Shown in pieces: positions 16,915 through 19,580 of a stretch of 19,580 nucleotides of DNA. A program made the translations under genes and the position numbers. The stretch spans positions 1 to 19,580 of the forward strand of contig JAJPCT020000012.1 of the NCBI GenBank assembly GCA_021323375.2, in the 5' to 3' direction. Position 1 is the first letter of the stretch, and every line of letters starts with the position of its first letter. This DNA comes from Candidatus Wolframiiraptor gerlachensis. GTDB taxonomy: Archaea > Thermoproteota > Nitrososphaeria_A > Caldarchaeales > Wolframiiraptoraceae. Under the pieces are notes generated by a model. It did no database searches. It saw nothing but the letters and a program-made list of their open reading frames with translations, and had not been told where the DNA came from.

Positions 16915-18333
16915 ATGGTACTGGAGTTCGTGGAGGTGGGTGTTCCGGGGTCTGAGCTGGTTTTGAAGGGCTTTCCGAGGGGCAGCTTGATCGTTATCAG
17001 GGGTGCTCCGGGGACAGGTAAGACTGTTTTCGCTGCGACATTTCTCCATGAGGGCGCCCTGAAGTATGGCGATCCCGGACTCTACGTCTCCTTCGGCGAG
17101 AACAAGGAGAAGTTTTACGGCTTCATGAGGGGCTTCGGGATGGATTTCGAGAAGCTTGAGGAGAGGGGGCTGTTCAGGTATCTCTCCCTGCCAACTCTCC
17201 TAGAGAATGGGGTCGGCGGCCTTCTAATGGAGATCCTTGAGTCAGCCGACTCGATGAAGGCTAAGAGGCTGGTGATAGATCCATTCACGACGATAAGCCG
17301 GGCATTCAAGGATGAGACAGAGGCTAGGGCATTCCTCCACACGCTCCTATCCAATATTGTTGGAAGGCTCGGGTGCGTCGCCCTCCTAGTCAAGGAGGAG
17401 CTTGGGCCCGGGACCGGTTACGGCTTCGAGGATTATGTGGCGGATGCCCTCATATGCTTGAAAGCGGTGAGGCTGGAGGATAGGCTTCTCAGGGAGATGA
17501 GCTTCTTGAAGACCCGTGGAATAGAGACGAGGAGCCCGGATATATGCGTGACATTGCATGGGGGCTTCAAGATGCTTCCGCGCCAGAGGGTGCCTCGCCC
17601 GCCGAGCAGCCCGAGCTTCAACCCGCCGCAGGATCCCCCGGGAGCCTATACGACCGGAATACCTGAACTGGATGAGGAGCTTGGAGGCTTCCCCCACGAC
17701 TCCATCATATTGTGGGAGATAGACCCGCGGCTATCATTCCACGAATACAGCCTCGCGGTTGCTCCGGCGCTTGCATCCTTCCTCGCGAAGAACAGGCCAT
17801 ATATTGTTCTACCATCAGCAGGCGTCACTTGGAGGGATGTGCGCGACCTCTATGTCAAGTATTATGGGATATCAGAGGACAAGCTCAGCAATCTCCTGAA
17901 TGTTTTAACGATGGGGCCTATTGAGGCCGAGCCACCACCATATGTAAAGCTGCTAAAGGGGCGGAGCTGGCAAGAGATCTTCGAGGAGTTCGCGGAGATC
18001 GTGCACTCCTTGGCGAGGGAGAGGGGGCAGCATATAGTCCGCCTAATCGGCGCAGATACGCTGATGGCGACATTCGGCGAGGATACATTCAAGTTCTTCG
18101 ATAGATGGGTGGGTTGCTTCAAGAAGACCGGCGGGCTAGCCATGTGGGTAGTTAAGCCTGTTCACCCCCGCCTCGTGAGAATGCTTTCACCGATGGTGGA
18201 CATGCACCTCAAGGTCACGAAGAAGCATGGATGCATACTATTGTATGGGAAGAAGCCCGAGACACCGCTCTACGCCCTTCAACTAGACCCGGAGAAGAAT
18301 TCGCTAGTCCCGAGGATAACGCCAATACTCTAG
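16915..18333 (+). CDS. KaiC/GvpD-like RecA-superfamily ATPase, second domain degenerate
   Basis: Walker A GAPGTGKT, YVSFGE, RLVID, DYVAD, KTRG; second repeat starts TTGIPELDEELGGFP but has no Walker A. Confidence 0.88.
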   Translation: MVLEFVEVGVPGSELVLKGFPRGSLIVIRGAPGTGKTVFAATFLHEGALKYGDPGLYVSFGENKEKFYGFMRGFGMDFEKLEERGLFRYLSLPTLLENGVGGLLMEILESADSMKAKRLVIDPFTTISRAFKDETEARAFLHTLLSNIVGRLGCVALLVKEELGPGTGYGFEDYVADALICLKAVRLEDRLLREMSFLKTRGIETRSPDICVTLHGGFKMLPRQRVPRPPSSPSFNPPQDPPGAYTTGIPELDEELGGFPHDSIILWEIDPRLSFHEYSLAVAPALASFLAKNRPYIVLPSAGVTWRDVRDLYVKYYGISEDKLSNLLNVLTMGPIEAEPPPYVKLLKGRSWQEIFEEFAEIVHSLARERGQHIVRLIGADTLMATFGEDTFKFFDRWVGCFKKTGGLAMWVVKPVHPRLVRMLSPMVDMHLKVTKKHGCILLYGKKPETPLYALQLDPEKNSLVPRITPIL

Positions 18334-18410
18334 CCCCAGCTCCTTGCAGACGATTCATGGTGCTAAACCATTATATCCGGGGCTATAGAGTAGTCTCCGG
18401 AGTAGAGGCC

Positions 18411-19523
18411 ATGAGGAGGGCTTGGAGGAAGGCTATATCAGTGATGTTCATGACTTTTATCGCCGTCTCCATACTAGCCGCCACATTCATCACCATGTAC
18501 CTCTACCTGACCCAGCATAACCTGACAGCGACTGAGGCCCAAAGAATATATGCGGAAGCCGCACAGGAGAGAATAGATGCTTTCTATTATCCGCCTGCGA
18601 GCAAGGCATCGGCTCTGGGATTCCAGCGGATTATGATCTATAACCGAGGGATAGGGACGGTAATAAAATACATCTTTGCATTTGGAGTTCAGGAGACCCC
18701 TCTAAACTCTGGAGACATACTATTGGGAAGCGGGGAGAGCATTTCGATCCAGCTTGATACAATCATTCCAGATGATAATGGGGAGATTAGGATTGTTACT
18801 GAGAGAGGATCGGTCTTTATAGCCCAAGTAGGATGCTTTGATGTAAGATTTGATCCAGAAAGACTAGTACTTTACCCTAATCAGATGGGTATTAGCGTCC
18901 TGAGAATAATGTCAAGGAACTATGAGTCAAAGTTGAATGTTGAAGTTACAGAGTCCGACATAGACAGTTACGAGCTCATAGGAGAAACGGAATTTTATCT
19001 AGCGAGGAACGGAATTCACTCGATAACAATAAGAATTGCAGCTCCAGAAGATATAGGAACATATACTCTTTCAGTGGTTGTGAGGGAACCTGAGACAGAA
19101 TATGGTGAAGAAGTTACTTTAACAATAGATGTTCAAAGCCCGCCATCTATCGGAGGGATATGGCTTGACGCGAGTAGTGGAACAGATATCAACAATCCGG
19201 TTGAGATAAAACGCGGAGAGACCGGCTATGTTGAGATTTATGCGTACTCAATAGGAGGGTATTCAGGCTCTGTAAGTCTTGAGACAAGATCTATTGAAAG
19301 ATTACAGGGAAATAGGTGGGTGCCTGACCCAGAGTCACTTGATATAACGTTTGATCCTAACTCTGTAGAGGTAGCACCGGAACAACCGGGCAAGAGCATT
19401 ATGAGTATATATGTATCCCAAAATGCGATGAAAACTTTTTACAGAATTAGGATCGCCGGAGTAGATGAGGAGAGAGATATAGAGTTGGACTTGCTTCATA
19501 TCTATGTCAACGTCGTTAAGTAA
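18411..19523 (+). CDS. Type IV pilin-like surface protein with class III signal peptide and Ig-like beta domains
   Basis: MRRAWRKA/ISVMFMTFIAVSILAATFITMYLY (basic-Ala/Ile-Ser-hydrophobic); IYNRG and IVTERG pilin-type strands; two beta-rich repeats. Track start 18231 overlaps the KaiC gene. Confidence 0.7.
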   Translation: MRRAWRKAISVMFMTFIAVSILAATFITMYLYLTQHNLTATEAQRIYAEAAQERIDAFYYPPASKASALGFQRIMIYNRGIGTVIKYIFAFGVQETPLNSGDILLGSGESISIQLDTIIPDDNGEIRIVTERGSVFIAQVGCFDVRFDPERLVLYPNQMGISVLRIMSRNYESKLNVEVTESDIDSYELIGETEFYLARNGIHSITIRIAAPEDIGTYTLSVVVREPETEYGEEVTLTIDVQSPPSIGGIWLDASSGTDINNPVEIKRGETGYVEIYAYSIGGYSGSVSLETRSIERLQGNRWVPDPESLDITFDPNSVEVAPEQPGKSIMSIYVSQNAMKTFYRIRIAGVDEERDIELDLLHIYVNVVK

Positions 19524-19580
19524 TGATAACGCAGCAAATACGATGTATGTGATCCAAACTATTAATATGAAGTTATCTGT

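Noticed and set aside
18231-18410. N-terminal extension of the pilin-like ORF
   Set aside because: Overlaps the KaiC gene end and intergenic DNA; the signal peptide starts at 18411.
1-19580. CRISPR array, rRNA, integrase or transposase
   Set aside because: No regularly spaced repeats, rRNA-like sequence or recombinase motifs seen.

Overview
Archaeal (TACK-type, most consistent with a thermophilic Aigarchaeota/Caldarchaeales-like genome; taxon is inferred) chromosomal window. Contents in order: 5'-truncated argH and a divergent argG-family gene; a C-terminal sugar-isomerase fragment; a ~2 kb decayed island-like segment bounded by an intron-less tRNA 3'-half and a tRNA-Ile2(CAT) with a non-canonical T-loop (58/59) BHB intron, carrying an intact HTH-LAGLIDADG endonuclease and a pseudogene; an SDR; tRNA-Glu(TTC); SmAP3-like Lsm; an orphan C5-cytosine methyltransferase; the rpp21-rps19e-PDCD5-rpl39e-rpl31e cluster, split by an opposite-strand BMP-family ABC transporter operon; nep1; a PMI-like cupin; intron-containing tRNA-Gly(GCC); a KaiC-like ATPase; and a type IV pilin-like surface protein. 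The best leads are the tRNA-intron/LAGLIDADG/tRNA-fragment cassette and the ArgG homologue with several conserved citrulline-pocket positions changed to Gly. All calls come from motif recognition by eye; no searches were run.
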